Shown here one piece after another: positions 46,271 through 55,819 of a stretch of DNA of 64,000 nucleotides. Where the stretch lies: the NCBI GenBank assembly GCA_027016315.1, contig JALWAP010000107.1, positions 15,448 through 79,447 on the forward strand. The letters are read 5' to 3'. The translations under genes and the position numbers were made by a program. Position 1 is the stretch's first letter. Each line of letters opens with the position of its first letter. The notes under the pieces were generated by a model. The model was not told the DNA's origin. It saw nothing but the letters and a program-made list of their open reading frames with translations, and did no database searches. The stretch is from Anaerolineae bacterium. Lineage in GTDB: Bacteria; Chloroflexota; Anaerolineae; S016-19.

Positions 46271-46311
46271 GGCCGCCACAAAACGCGTAGGTGGGGTCGT
46301 CAGGCCCGACC
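46271..46311. repeat. Second, more diverged copy of the same repeat family
   Basis: GGCCGCCACAAAACGCGTAGGTGGGGTCGTCAGGCCCGACC shares the CACAAAACGCGTAGGT core and a hairpin. Between the two copies, CTCTGCGTCTCTCATGCCTCTGCGTCA is similar to the reverse complement of 56926-56960. Confidence 0.6.
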
Positions 46312-46509
46312 GATCCGTGGATACCCATCGGCATAAGTGCGTTCCGAGCGAGACCGCTTGCCTCTTAGTAATAATCATCCCGCTTCAATCATACATTGAG
46401 GGCGCAACCGGCAGTTCTCCTCTTCATGTCATGTGCATTGGGTCTCATAAACTTTCACACAACTAACCGACTTTCTTGCGATTAACTATGTCAAGTACAA
46501 TAAAAACTC

Positions 46510-46538
46510 TTGACAATCTTGTCCCTTTGTGTTACTGT
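46510..46538 (+). promoter_or_regulatory. Possible promoter of the MBL-hydrolase / RNase H / rlmD gene string
   Basis: TTGACA (46510-46515) is followed by a 17-nt spacer and TACTGT (46533-46538). It lies about 40 nt upstream of ATG 46576. Confidence 0.4.
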
Positions 46539-46575
46539 GTAATGCAAATAACCAACCAGAGCAGAGAGGTAGCAG

Positions 46576-47439
46576 ATGATCAGAGAAAGGGTCTCGGAAG
46601 ACATCTACGTTTTCACCAGCGAGCTCTACGCTCAGGTGACGGCTGGTTTGATACTCACCCAAGAGGGAAGTGTGGTGGTAGATACGATGCCATTTCCACG
46701 GGAATCCAAGGCGTTGAGGGATTTCGCCCTTCGCGTAAGCGGACCAAAGGGCATCAGGTACGTGATCAACACCCACTCCCATGCAGATCACGTCTATGGG
46801 AACTACCTGTTCGAAGGTTCCGAGATCATCGCGCATAAACGTGCTCGGTATCTGATGGAAAAATATGGCAAGCCCGCTCTCGAAGAGGCGAAAGTAACTT
46901 CTTCCGACCTGAAGGAAGTGCGAATAAGGCTTCCGGAAATGCTTGTGGAGGACGAACTCACCATCCGGCTCGGTGAGAAAACGATACACATTCAGCGGCT
47001 TCCGGGCAACTCGGAAGACGGGATCGGGATACACGTGATAGAGAAGAAGGTCTTCTTTGCCGGTGACGTGGTCATGCCCGTCCCCTACATTGTTGGTGGA
47101 GACCTCAAACAGCTCATGCACTCGCTTCAGAAGCTAAGCCAGCTTCAGCTGGACGCTTTGGTCCCCGGACACGGCCCGGTGCTGCTGAAAGGTGAGATTC
47201 CGGAGAAGCTCTCGAAAAGCATGACGTACCTTCGTACCATCGACAGGCTCGTAGAGCAGACGATCGCCAGGGGAAAGCCGAAGGAAAGCCTTTCACAGAT
47301 CAGCGTGGACGCATGCGGAATCCCGCGGATAGCGCTGGGCGGTCTGGCGCAGGACCTGCACGTGGCGAACCTGTTCTGGCTGTACGACCAGAAAATGCAG
47401 AAGCGCCAGAAGCAAGCGGAAGCAGAAAAGGTTGCCTGA
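46576..47439 (+). CDS. MBL-fold metallo-hydrolase
   Basis: It shows the INTHSHADHVYGN (HxHxDH) motif and later GH residues. 287 aa. Confidence 0.85.
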   Translation: MIRERVSEDIYVFTSELYAQVTAGLILTQEGSVVVDTMPFPRESKALRDFALRVSGPKGIRYVINTHSHADHVYGNYLFEGSEIIAHKRARYLMEKYGKPALEEAKVTSSDLKEVRIRLPEMLVEDELTIRLGEKTIHIQRLPGNSEDGIGIHVIEKKVFFAGDVVMPVPYIVGGDLKQLMHSLQKLSQLQLDALVPGHGPVLLKGEIPEKLSKSMTYLRTIDRLVEQTIARGKPKESLSQISVDACGIPRIALGGLAQDLHVANLFWLYDQKMQKRQKQAEAEKVA

Positions 47440-47946
47440 ATGGGCGAAGATAGGCTCAAGAAGGAAATCGAATCTCTGTCCCCGGCGGAACGGCGAGAAC
47501 TCTTTTCCTGGCTTAAGGAGATCGTGCTCGAGGAGCAAAGCGGCGAGAAGCGGATGACCATAGTTTTCGACGGCGGGAGCCGTGGCAATCCTGGCGTCGG
47601 CTATGGAAGTTATGCGATCATCCTGCCCGGCGAGTCCCCGATCCTCACGAGGCTTGATTTCGAGGGCGTGCTGACGAACAACCAGGCCGAGTACAAGACG
47701 CTGATCGAGGCGCTCAAGGGAGCCGAGCGTCTTTTGAAGGAGAGGGGCGAAGACCCGAAGCTCTGGACGTTGGATGTGAGAGGCGATAGCAAGCTCGTGA
47801 TCAACCAGGTGCTTGGTTCCTGGGCTGCCAGGAACGAACGGCTGGCCGCTCTTCGGGACGAGGCGAAACACCTGATGACCAGATTCGGACGCGTGACCCT
47901 CACCCACCATCCAAGGGATGAAAGCGTCAAAGTCCTTGGACATTGA
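47440..47946 (+). CDS. RNase H (type 1) family protein with a short N-terminal extension
   Basis: The catalytic pattern is present: VFDGGSRGNPG (D), NNQAEYKTLIEAL (E), GDSKLVINQ (D) and PRDES. The start is directly adjacent to the MBL gene stop (TGAATG). Confidence 0.8.
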   Translation: MGEDRLKKEIESLSPAERRELFSWLKEIVLEEQSGEKRMTIVFDGGSRGNPGVGYGSYAIILPGESPILTRLDFEGVLTNNQAEYKTLIEALKGAERLLKERGEDPKLWTLDVRGDSKLVINQVLGSWAARNERLAALRDEAKHLMTRFGRVTLTHHPRDESVKVLGH

Positions 47947-48008
47947 CGCAAGCCCAGGCGCTCTTTGCAATGCCCGAACAACGATGGCACAATTCGCCGG
48001 GAGGATGC

Positions 48009-49250
48009 ATGGGAAACGTCATAGAAATCGAGCTCGAGGGCATAGCGCACGGCGGGGAGGCTTTCGGTAGATACGAAGGGAAGATCGTCTTCGTGGCATA
48101 CGCAATCCCCGGGGAAAGAGTACGGGCAGAGGTCGTTCGGGAGAAGAAGAACTGGGCTCGAGCCAGCTTGCTCGAAGTCATCACGCCGTCGCCGTACAGG
48201 GTAGAGCCGAGATGCCCACATTTCGGGCAGGGTAAGTGCGGCGGTTGTCAATGGCAGCACATCGCGTACCAGAAGCAGGTTGAGCTGAAGCGGGAGATCG
48301 TAGAGGAGCAGCTTCGGCGAATCGGGCACCTGGAAAATCCTCTTGTTCGGCCAGTGGCGCAGGTCGGCGGGCCGTGGCACTACAGGAACAACGCCCGGTT
48401 TGCCGTTGGGAAGCACGGGCGCCTTGGGTTCAAGAAAGCTCAAAGCCATGAAATCGTCCCCATCGAAGAATGCAGCATACTTCACCCCGCGGTAAACGAA
48501 CTTTATCGAGGCTTTGAACTGTCGTGGTCTCCCCTGGTCGCCGTCAGGATCAGGCACGGCGTGAACACTGGCGAGGACATGCTGGTGCTGGAAACCAGGG
48601 GAAAGGAACAGCCGGAGATCTCCGTCGATGTGCCGGTTTCCATCGTGCTTCGGGCAGGGGGCGATTTCGTGCCGCTGATAGGGCTGCCGTACATCCACGA
48701 GGAAGTGGCCGGGATCAGGTATCGGGTCTCTGCCGGGAGCTTTTTCCAGTCGAACACCGCTGGCGCGGAAAAGCTGGTCGAGCTGGTAGATGCATACCTG
48801 GAACCAAAGCCTGGCCAGGCGGTGCTGGACGGGTACGCAGGCGTCGGGCTGTTCAGCCTCCAGTTGTCCCGGAACGTGGGGCAGGTCGTTGCTATCGAGG
48901 AAAACCCGTGGGCCACGGAAGACCTGGCCCGAACGGCCGAGGATTTGGGCGTGGACAATCTCTCTCTGTTCGAAGGGCCTATGGGGGAGGTTGTAGAGGC
49001 GCTGGATCAGCGAATCGATGCGGCGGTCGTGGACCCACCGAGGACCGGAATGGAGAAGAACGTTCCGGCAGACCTGGTACGTCTTGGAGTGAGGAAGCTC
49101 GTGTACGTTTCCTGCGACCCAGCGACCATGGCCCGGGATTCCGCCAATTTGCGCTCGGCGGGGTTCGATCTGATCGAAGTACAGCCGGTCGATATGTTTC
49201 CGCACACTTTCCACATAGAGAGCGTTTCCCTCTGGATAAGGCACGATTAG
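48009..49250 (+). CDS. rlmD: 23S rRNA (uracil-5-)-methyltransferase, RlmD/RumA family (TRAM + Fe-S + SAM MTase)
   Basis: The TRAM-like N-terminus is IELEGIAHGGEAFGRYEGKIVFV. The Cys cluster is CPHFGQGKCGGCQWQH. The SAM motif is VLDGYAGVGLFS and the C-terminus reads YVSCDPATMARD. I prefer ATG 48009 (GGAGG RBS) over the track start 47943. Confidence 0.85.
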   Translation: MGNVIEIELEGIAHGGEAFGRYEGKIVFVAYAIPGERVRAEVVREKKNWARASLLEVITPSPYRVEPRCPHFGQGKCGGCQWQHIAYQKQVELKREIVEEQLRRIGHLENPLVRPVAQVGGPWHYRNNARFAVGKHGRLGFKKAQSHEIVPIEECSILHPAVNELYRGFELSWSPLVAVRIRHGVNTGEDMLVLETRGKEQPEISVDVPVSIVLRAGGDFVPLIGLPYIHEEVAGIRYRVSAGSFFQSNTAGAEKLVELVDAYLEPKPGQAVLDGYAGVGLFSLQLSRNVGQVVAIEENPWATEDLARTAEDLGVDNLSLFEGPMGEVVEALDQRIDAAVVDPPRTGMEKNVPADLVRLGVRKLVYVSCDPATMARDSANLRSAGFDLIEVQPVDMFPHTFHIESVSLWIRHD

Positions 49251-49472
49251 GCACCCTTTCGATGCGGCTGCGAGTTCACCATCAAATGTGCTCCTTTCCA
49301 ACCAACCTGAGAGGTTCCTCATTTCTTTTAGACCGTCACACGCACTACAAACCCGCAGTGCGCCCAAACCCGTGTCCAAGGGCAATGTCTTCGCTTTGTT
49401 ACTTTGTTTCTTGTTGGGGTAGAATAGAAATGAGGTTCGTTTTCCGGAGAAAAGCTTTGCAGCGAGGGGAAA

Positions 49473-50975
49473 ATGAGATCTAAATTCTTCCGTGTGGCTA
49501 TCGGCTTGGCGTTGATCGGAGCGTTCTTCCTGCAGGGATGCCAGCGCGGCTCTGATCTGGTAAAGTTCAACGAAGCAACCAAACAAGCTGTTTTCGAAAC
49601 CCTCAGCGCTCAGATGAAATCCGTAGGGGTGACCGTCGTTGTACCTCCGACGGAAGAAGCCACGGCTACGAACACCCCGGGCAAACCCACCGAGCCTCCT
49701 ACTCAGCCTCCCTCGAGCGCGAGGTCGTCCACGCCGTCGCCTGCACCCACGCCTTCGAGTACTCCGGTGCCGATCCCTCCCACACAGAAAGCCACGGCCG
49801 CGGCAACTGCTTCTCCGCCCGGTTCGCATAAACCGTCGGCGGTGGTTATCTGGCACAGCTATCCCCCGCAAATGGAAAACGTCCTCAACAAAGCGGTAGA
49901 CGCGTATATGAAAGACCACCCCGAGTCCAGGATACAGGTCGTGAAGCAGCCGGATATCCAGGAGGCGATTTCCAACCTCACTGATGCGACCGGGTATCCG
50001 GACATCATCGCATTCACCTCAAACAACGTCGGATCGCTTGCGGAAAGTGGCACCATCATCCCTCTCAACCAGTTGATTCACAAGCTCGGGCTGCCGTTCA
50101 AAAATGAGTTCGAGCCGCTTGCCCTCAAATCGGTCTCCTACCAGGGGTTCGTCTGGGCGGTGCCTCATTCCCTGGGTGGGCTCGCGTGGGTGAGGAACAC
50201 AGACCTTGCGAAAACCGTCCCGACGAACATCGACGATTTCCTGAAGCAGAGGGCAGAGTTCGAAAAAGAGCACCCGGGCGACATATATTTCCTCTATCCG
50301 GGACGTGACAATCCGTATTTCAACGCCCCGTGGCTCTACGGCGAGGGTGGCTTTTACATAACCGACAACTACAAGGTCGGCATAGACACGCCCGGCGGGA
50401 TAAAAGGTATGCAGCTCGTGCGCAAAATAGCCATGTCGATTCCGAAACGACAGATCTCCGTCCCGCCGGAGGAGCTTTTCTCCACCGGGAAGCTCGCTTG
50501 GATAATGACCGAAGGTCAGATCCTGGATCAGATGAAGGAAGTTGTTCCAATCGACCTGCCCCGGTGGCCTGTGCTGGAGGATGGGAAGCGGGCAAAGCCA
50601 CTCGTCACGGCGTGGTGCTTTGGAATCTACTCCGGATCGGCTTTCCAACCGCAGGCGGTGCGCGTCGCAGACGATCTGGCTGTGAAGTACATCCCGGAAG
50701 CAATGAAAGGACAGGTCGGGTTCGCCCCGGCATCCATCAAGTTCAACAACTCGTTGGTCTCCAAAGAGCCATCGAGCCTGCTTGCCAAGCGGATAATTCA
50801 GATTCGAGACGGCGCTCCGTTCCCCAACACGCCCGCGATGGACATCCTATGGAACCCGCTTGCGAACATGTGGCAGGCGGTGTTGAGCGGCGCACCGATA
50901 GAAGATGCGGCCAAGCAGACCCAAAAGCTCATCGAAGATAGCATCAAGGCGGTATGGGGAGCTGGCAGCCAGTGA
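49473..50975 (+). CDS. Extracellular solute-binding lipoprotein, family 1 (sugar/maltodextrin-type), orphan
   Basis: The signal peptide plus lipobox is FFLQGC. A long Pro/Thr/Ser-rich linker follows. The SBP-1-like body includes VVIWHSYPPQMENVLNKAVDAY. No permease or ATPase gene is adjacent. Confidence 0.85.
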   Translation: MRSKFFRVAIGLALIGAFFLQGCQRGSDLVKFNEATKQAVFETLSAQMKSVGVTVVVPPTEEATATNTPGKPTEPPTQPPSSARSSTPSPAPTPSSTPVPIPPTQKATAAATASPPGSHKPSAVVIWHSYPPQMENVLNKAVDAYMKDHPESRIQVVKQPDIQEAISNLTDATGYPDIIAFTSNNVGSLAESGTIIPLNQLIHKLGLPFKNEFEPLALKSVSYQGFVWAVPHSLGGLAWVRNTDLAKTVPTNIDDFLKQRAEFEKEHPGDIYFLYPGRDNPYFNAPWLYGEGGFYITDNYKVGIDTPGGIKGMQLVRKIAMSIPKRQISVPPEELFSTGKLAWIMTEGQILDQMKEVVPIDLPRWPVLEDGKRAKPLVTAWCFGIYSGSAFQPQAVRVADDLAVKYIPEAMKGQVGFAPASIKFNNSLVSKEPSSLLAKRIIQIRDGAPFPNTPAMDILWNPLANMWQAVLSGAPIEDAAKQTQKLIEDSIKAVWGAGSQ

Positions 50976-51054
50976 GGGTTGGCGCAGCGAGATACGCCTG
51001 CAGCGCCTGGATTTGACATCGACCTGACGGTACAGTACAATTTTGGATGCTTGT

Positions 51055-51127
51055 GGCGCATTCGTCTAGTGGCCTAGGATATCGCCCTCTCAAGGCGGAG
51101 ACATGGGTTCGAATCCCATATGCGCCA
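51055..51127 (+). tRNA. tRNA-Glu (anticodon CTC)
   Basis: GGCGCATTCGTCTAGTGGCCTAGGATATCGCCCTCTCAAGGCGGAGACATGGGTTCGAATCCCATATGCGCCA. The acceptor stem is GGCGCAT/ATGCGCC, the anticodon loop is CTCTCAA and the T-loop is TTCGAAT. CCA is not encoded. Confidence 0.9.
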
Positions 51128-51131
51128 TCCG

Positions 51132-51160
51132 GCCCCGGAGCGAAAGCCTGGGGCTTTTTT
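51132..51160 (+). terminator. Intrinsic terminator after tRNA-Glu
   Basis: The stem GCCCCGG / CTGGGGC with loop AGCGAAAGC is followed by TTTTTT. Confidence 0.7.
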
Positions 51161-51177
51161 CGTTACAGAGGTGCTAC

Positions 51178-52497
51178 GTGGGCAAAAAGGTGAAAAGGGC
51201 AATATACCTGGCGCTCGAGCTCCTGTTCCTGATCTTCTTCGTTCCGGGCAATTCCCTCACGCCCCAGATGGTGAAGGACAGGAAGCTGGAGATGATCGTC
51301 GACGGCTGGCATTTCGCGCTGACTCGATGGGAAGTGAGCGCGATCTACGAAAAGCTGGAGACGGCGGTGGAGCGTCCGCAGAAACACCTCACGCCGGAAG
51401 AATCCAGGCGCCTGGTAGTGGAATACGTCCAAACTGCCCAGAAGATTGGGCAGTTGGAAGGGGAGATAACGAAGGATTATGCCCTGGGCGATAGCAAATC
51501 GCTGGAGAAAGCCAGAGAGCTACAGGCCGAGGTCTCCAGGCTCAGGGCTGTTCAGGCAAGACGCAGGCCCACGGTCGAGGCAATCCTACAGCGGATGATC
51601 TCCGACACGATGGAATCGGAGCACCTCGGCATGTTCGGCAAGGTGTTCCCGCCGGTGGAATTTCACTTCACGGAGACGCCGAAATACCTGGTGATCTCCC
51701 CAAGGAACAAGATCGAGATGATAAAGGGAATAACCCTCAAGCCGGATATCCCGGTCTCCGTGCAGGACAAAATGGAAAGGACGATACACGACACCCTCGA
51801 CTGGAGCGCGCTGGTGGATGGGCTTGGCGGGTTCTCGCTGTACCCGACCATGGTGACGGATCAGGCCGATCTCAACTGGATCATGAGCACCATAGCGCAC
51901 GAGTGGACACACAATTACATGGCTTTTCACCCTCTTGGCTGGCACTACTACGACAACCAGGACATGCACACGATCAACGAGACCGTCGCGGACATCGTGG
52001 GGAACGAAATCGGTCGGAAGACGATGAAGAAGTACTTTCCACAGCTTTTGCCGCCTCCGCCATCGCCGTTTCCGCCTCCACCGTCACCCCGGCCGAAGTT
52101 CGACTTCAACCAGGAGATGCGGAAAACGTACCTTCACGTGGTCGAATTGCTGAAGGCGAACAAGATCGACGAGGCGGAACGGTACATGGAGGAGCGGCGA
52201 AAGGTCTTCGTCGCGCATGGCTATTACATCAGGAAGCTGAACCAGGCATACTTTGCGTTCCACGGAAGCTACGCTGCGGGCCCTGGCGCCATCAGCCCGA
52301 TCGGCCCCAAGCTGCAAGAGCTCCGGGCGCTATCGCCGTCGCTCGCGTTCTTCGTGCACACCGTGCAGGGGTTCAAGAACCCGAAAGACCTGGATCGGGC
52401 GTTGCAGAAACTCCGACGCAGGGAGGAAGCGCGGGGTGGCGCTCGGCCTGGCTATGCCTGCGGCGCTTCTCCGGCGGCTTCCGCGTACGCCAGGTAA
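51178..52497 (+). CDS. Putative membrane-anchored zinc metalloprotease (HExxH)
   Basis: Track ORF 51103-52497 overlaps the tRNA and its terminator. An in-frame GTG at 51178 (AGAGGTG RBS) gives an N-terminal TM helix (AIYLALELLFLIFFVPG). It has a STIAHEWTHNYM HExxH motif and a poly-Pro stretch PPPPSPFPPPPSP. Confidence 0.6.
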   Translation: MGKKVKRAIYLALELLFLIFFVPGNSLTPQMVKDRKLEMIVDGWHFALTRWEVSAIYEKLETAVERPQKHLTPEESRRLVVEYVQTAQKIGQLEGEITKDYALGDSKSLEKARELQAEVSRLRAVQARRRPTVEAILQRMISDTMESEHLGMFGKVFPPVEFHFTETPKYLVISPRNKIEMIKGITLKPDIPVSVQDKMERTIHDTLDWSALVDGLGGFSLYPTMVTDQADLNWIMSTIAHEWTHNYMAFHPLGWHYYDNQDMHTINETVADIVGNEIGRKTMKKYFPQLLPPPPSPFPPPPSPRPKFDFNQEMRKTYLHVVELLKANKIDEAERYMEERRKVFVAHGYYIRKLNQAYFAFHGSYAAGPGAISPIGPKLQELRALSPSLAFFVHTVQGFKNPKDLDRALQKLRRREEARGGARPGYACGASPAASAYAR

Positions 52498-53573
52498 GTC
52501 TGCCGCGCTGTCTTTTCCCAGTCGAACATCGCCGCCCTTTCCAGCGCTTCAGCCGCAAGCCGATCCCGCAGATCAGGGTCGGTAACGATCGAAATCATCG
52601 CTTCGGCCCACCGTTCCGGCTCCGTTGGCGGCAGGAGCAAGCCTGCAGTCCCGACGATCTCCGGCAAAGAGCTGGAATCGGACGCTATCACCGGCGTTCG
52701 GCATGACATGGCCTCCAGAACCGGGAGCCCAAATCCTTCGTAAATCGAGGGGAAGAGGAATGCCGTAGCCCCGGAATACACACCTGGTTTGTCCTCCTCG
52801 TCGATCCATCCCGGGAAGACAATCCCTTCGGCACCGGCTTCCGCGGCGAGCCTGCGGGGATCGGGGGTAAAGGGGGAATCCTTCCCCGGCAGTTTCCCGG
52901 CCACGACCAGATTCACATCCTGAAGCCCGGCCATTTTCCACGCCTCCACCAGCGTGCGCAGGTTTTTCCTGACGTCGAAACCGCCCAAGTAGAGGAGATA
53001 CGATCGTGGCAGCCCGTATTTGCGGCGCACGCGATCCATCTCTTCCCGGTTCGATGGCCTGTACCGGCGATCCGCTGCGAGCCAGATGCGCCTGACCCTG
53101 TCCGATGGGATGCCAAGGTGGGACATGATGTCCCTCCGGGACGCTTCGGAATCGGTCAGTATCAGAGCGGCCCTGCGGGCGGTCAGGGACACGAGCGCCG
53201 TGTAAGTTCTGACCATCAGGTTCCCCCTGTACTCAGGCAGGATGCGCGGTATCAAGTCGTGGATGGTCACCACGGTGGGAACCGGGGAGAATGCCGGAGG
53301 AGCCCAGTACGGCACGTGCAACACCGAGGCTCCGGAAGCCGCGGCGGCTCTGGGAGCCGTTACTTGCTCGAACCAGAGCTTCGTCAGGTTTCCGCGCAAG
53401 CGCAAGCGTGCGGCCAGCGCACCCGGAGGTGCGGCTCTGGCATTGGGCTTTAGCAGCAGGCGGAACCGGTCCCGGGGGGCGATTTCATGAAGTGCGTCGA
53501 AGAGCCGGTGCAGGTATTGTCCGCTCCCGGTTTGCTTCTCGCCCCAGAACCACCCGCTTATCAGTACATCCAT
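52452..53573 (-). CDS. Glycosyltransferase family 4 (GT-B fold)
   Basis: The typical C-terminal motif is FLFPSIYEGFGLPVLEAMSCRTPVIASDSSSLPEIVG. Its 3' end overlaps the convergent metalloprotease gene by 46 nt. Confidence 0.85.
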   Translation of the reverse strand: MDVLISGWFWGEKQTGSGQYLHRLFDALHEIAPRDRFRLLLKPNARAAPPGALAARLRLRGNLTKLWFEQVTAPRAAAASGASVLHVPYWAPPAFSPVPTVVTIHDLIPRILPEYRGNLMVRTYTALVSLTARRAALILTDSEASRRDIMSHLGIPSDRVRRIWLAADRRYRPSNREEMDRVRRKYGLPRSYLLYLGGFDVRKNLRTLVEAWKMAGLQDVNLVVAGKLPGKDSPFTPDPRRLAAEAGAEGIVFPGWIDEEDKPGVYSGATAFLFPSIYEGFGLPVLEAMSCRTPVIASDSSSLPEIVGTAGLLLPPTEPERWAEAMISIVTDPDLRDRLAAEALERAAMFDWEKTARQTYLAYAEAAGEAPQA

Positions 53574-54502
53574 CAGAAAGGACGATGCTTCTCGAAATAC
53601 TCCACCGTCAGGCGAAGGCCCTCGTCGAAATCAACCTGAGGCTCCCAGCCCAGCGACGCCTTTGCCTTGCTCGCATCCAGGTAGATCCGGTACACTTCGC
53701 CTTTCTTGGCCGGGCCGTAGTTCGCCTCGTGCGGATAGCCGGTCAGCTCTTTCAGCTTCGCGAAGATGGTGTTCACGTCCACCGGCTTGCCAGTGCCCAG
53801 GTTGAATATCCCGTTGTCGCCCCTGGTCAGCGCAAGCAGGTTGGCGCGAGCCACATCCCCCACGTAAACGAAATCCCGCTGCTGCGTCCCATCGCCGTTT
53901 ATCGTTACCGGCTGCCCGGCGAGCATTCGGCCGGTGAAGATTGCGATGACCCCGGCTTCCCCGAATGGGTCCTGCCTTGGGCCGTAGACGTTCGGGTATC
54001 TGAGCACCACGTAGGGAAGCCCGTAATTGGCATGGTAGAGGTACAGGTAATGCTCCACGGTGTGCTTGCTGGCTCCATACGGGTCCAGGGGATTGATCGG
54101 GTGCTCCTCGGTGACTGGCAGGTAGAGCGGCTCGCCGTACACTGCCCCTCCCGTGGATGCGTAGATGAATCGCTGAACCCCAAAGTCCTTTGAGGCTTCC
54201 AGCAGGTTGATGGAGCCGATTATGTTGACCTCGGCGTAAACGTCCGGCCTTTCCATCGATTCCCTCACGTTGGCCAGAGCCGCCTGGTGCACGACCACGT
54301 CGAATCCTTCAAGCTGGAACAAGAGCCGCAACTGCGTCTTGTCCCTGATGTCCAGGTGGTAGAACTGGAGGTAAGGCGGGACGTTTTCGCGCTTTCCATG
54401 CGACAGGTCGTCGATCACCACCACCTCATGCCCCGCTTCCAGATAAACATCGACCACGTGCGAGCCGATGAATCCTGCTCCACCGGTTACGAGAACTTTC
54501 AT
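53573..54502 (-). CDS. NAD-dependent epimerase/dehydratase (UDP-glucose 4-epimerase-like)
   Basis: It shows MKVLVTGGAGFIGSH and the catalytic YGASK, with a short-chain (extended SDR) layout. Confidence 0.9.
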   Translation of the reverse strand: MKVLVTGGAGFIGSHVVDVYLEAGHEVVVIDDLSHGKRENVPPYLQFYHLDIRDKTQLRLLFQLEGFDVVVHQAALANVRESMERPDVYAEVNIIGSINLLEASKDFGVQRFIYASTGGAVYGEPLYLPVTEEHPINPLDPYGASKHTVEHYLYLYHANYGLPYVVLRYPNVYGPRQDPFGEAGVIAIFTGRMLAGQPVTINGDGTQQRDFVYVGDVARANLLALTRGDNGIFNLGTGKPVDVNTIFAKLKELTGYPHEANYGPAKKGEVYRIYLDASKAKASLGWEPQVDFDEGLRLTVEYFEKHRPF

Positions 54503-54568
54503 CCTTGATCCTCCAACTTATCGAGATTTGCGATCAATAGGCCGCGCTCTACGGGCGATGAGCTATGC

Positions 54569-55819
54569 TCACGCTCCGCCCGCGGCCCGTTCCGGCGAAC
54601 CGACCACAGCCGAGAAATTGCCGTCGCTCACGGCGATGTCCAGCCACCTGCCATTATCCACGTCATGCACGCTGGAGACAACCTTTCCGGAGTCGATATC
54701 TCGCACGACGGCATACCCGCGCTGAAGCACTGCTTTCGGGTCGAGGGCCTTGAGCCGGGCAAGCTCCACGCCGAGTTCGTGCTTTCTTTCCATCAGCGCC
54801 CGGTCGATCGCCATCTCCAGCCTGCGCTCCAGTTCGTCTACCATCTGCCGCCGGTACGCAAGCTGCCTTACGGGCGACCTCATGCTCAGCGCCGACTGAA
54901 GCCTGCGCAGTTCCAGCCTTTCCTCGCCCAGCTTCCTCGAGATGCTGTTCACGAGGGCGGCTTTGTATCCCTCCACCAGCCCTTTCAGCTCGCGCCTGTC
55001 CGGAACGGCGGCCATCGCAGCTCCGGTCGGCGTAGGGGCGCGCCGATCGGCGACGAAATCCGCTATCGTGAAGTCGGTCTCGTGCCCCACGCCGGAGATC
55101 ACCGGCACCCTCGAGCGGGCTATGGCCCTTGCCACCGATTCGTCGTTGAACGCCCACAGGTCTTCTATGGATCCACCGCCCCGGGCGAGGACGATGGCGT
55201 CCAGATCGCAACAATCGTTCAGTGCCCCAAGCGCTCTGACGATCGACGCCGGGGCTTCCTCTCCTTGCACCAGCGCCGGGGCCAAAATCACTTCGACCAG
55301 CGGATACCTTTCCCGCAATATCCGCAGGATGTCCCTCAAAGCCGCACCAGTAGCGGACGTGACGACTCCGAGCCGACGTGGAAATTCCGGTATCGGACGC
55401 TTGCGGGATTCGTCGAACAGCCCTTCGGCTTCAAGCCGGGCCTTTATCCGAAGGAACTCCTGGTACAGGATGCCGACTCCCGCAGGCTGCATCGTGTCGA
55501 CGTAAAGCTGGTATTCGCCACGCGGCTTGTACAACCCAATGTAGCCGTGTGCAAGGACGTGCTCCCCATCCTGCGGCATCCTTTCGAGAAGAAGCGTGTT
55601 GCTGCGCCACATGACGCATTTCAGCGCCGCATCCGCATCCTTGAGGCTGAAATAGAGGTGCCCGGAGGAAGCCCGAACGAAGTTGGAGATTTCCCCGGTC
55701 ACCCACACGTTGGTGAGCAGCGGATCGACCCTGAAGATCTCCTCGATGTAGCTCGACACTTCCGATACGGTGAAGACTTCTATCTGCTCCGTCGGCTCCC
55801 CGAATAGCGAGTCAGGCAT
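54569..55819 (-). CDS. xseA: Exodeoxyribonuclease VII large subunit
   Basis: MPDSLFGEP..FTVSEVSSYIEEIFRVDPLLTNVWVTGEISNF..SGHLYFSLKD..VMWRS. The track ORF 54569-56368 N-terminus overlaps the kinase gene out of frame and I reject it. No xseB gene is visible downstream. Confidence 0.9.
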   Translation of the reverse strand: MPDSLFGEPTEQIEVFTVSEVSSYIEEIFRVDPLLTNVWVTGEISNFVRASSGHLYFSLKDADAALKCVMWRSNTLLLERMPQDGEHVLAHGYIGLYKPRGEYQLYVDTMQPAGVGILYQEFLRIKARLEAEGLFDESRKRPIPEFPRRLGVVTSATGAALRDILRILRERYPLVEVILAPALVQGEEAPASIVRALGALNDCCDLDAIVLARGGGSIEDLWAFNDESVARAIARSRVPVISGVGHETDFTIADFVADRRAPTPTGAAMAAVPDRRELKGLVEGYKAALVNSISRKLGEERLELRRLQSALSMRSPVRQLAYRRQMVDELERRLEMAIDRALMERKHELGVELARLKALDPKAVLQRGYAVVRDIDSGKVVSSVHDVDNGRWLDIAVSDGNFSAVVGSPERAAGGA

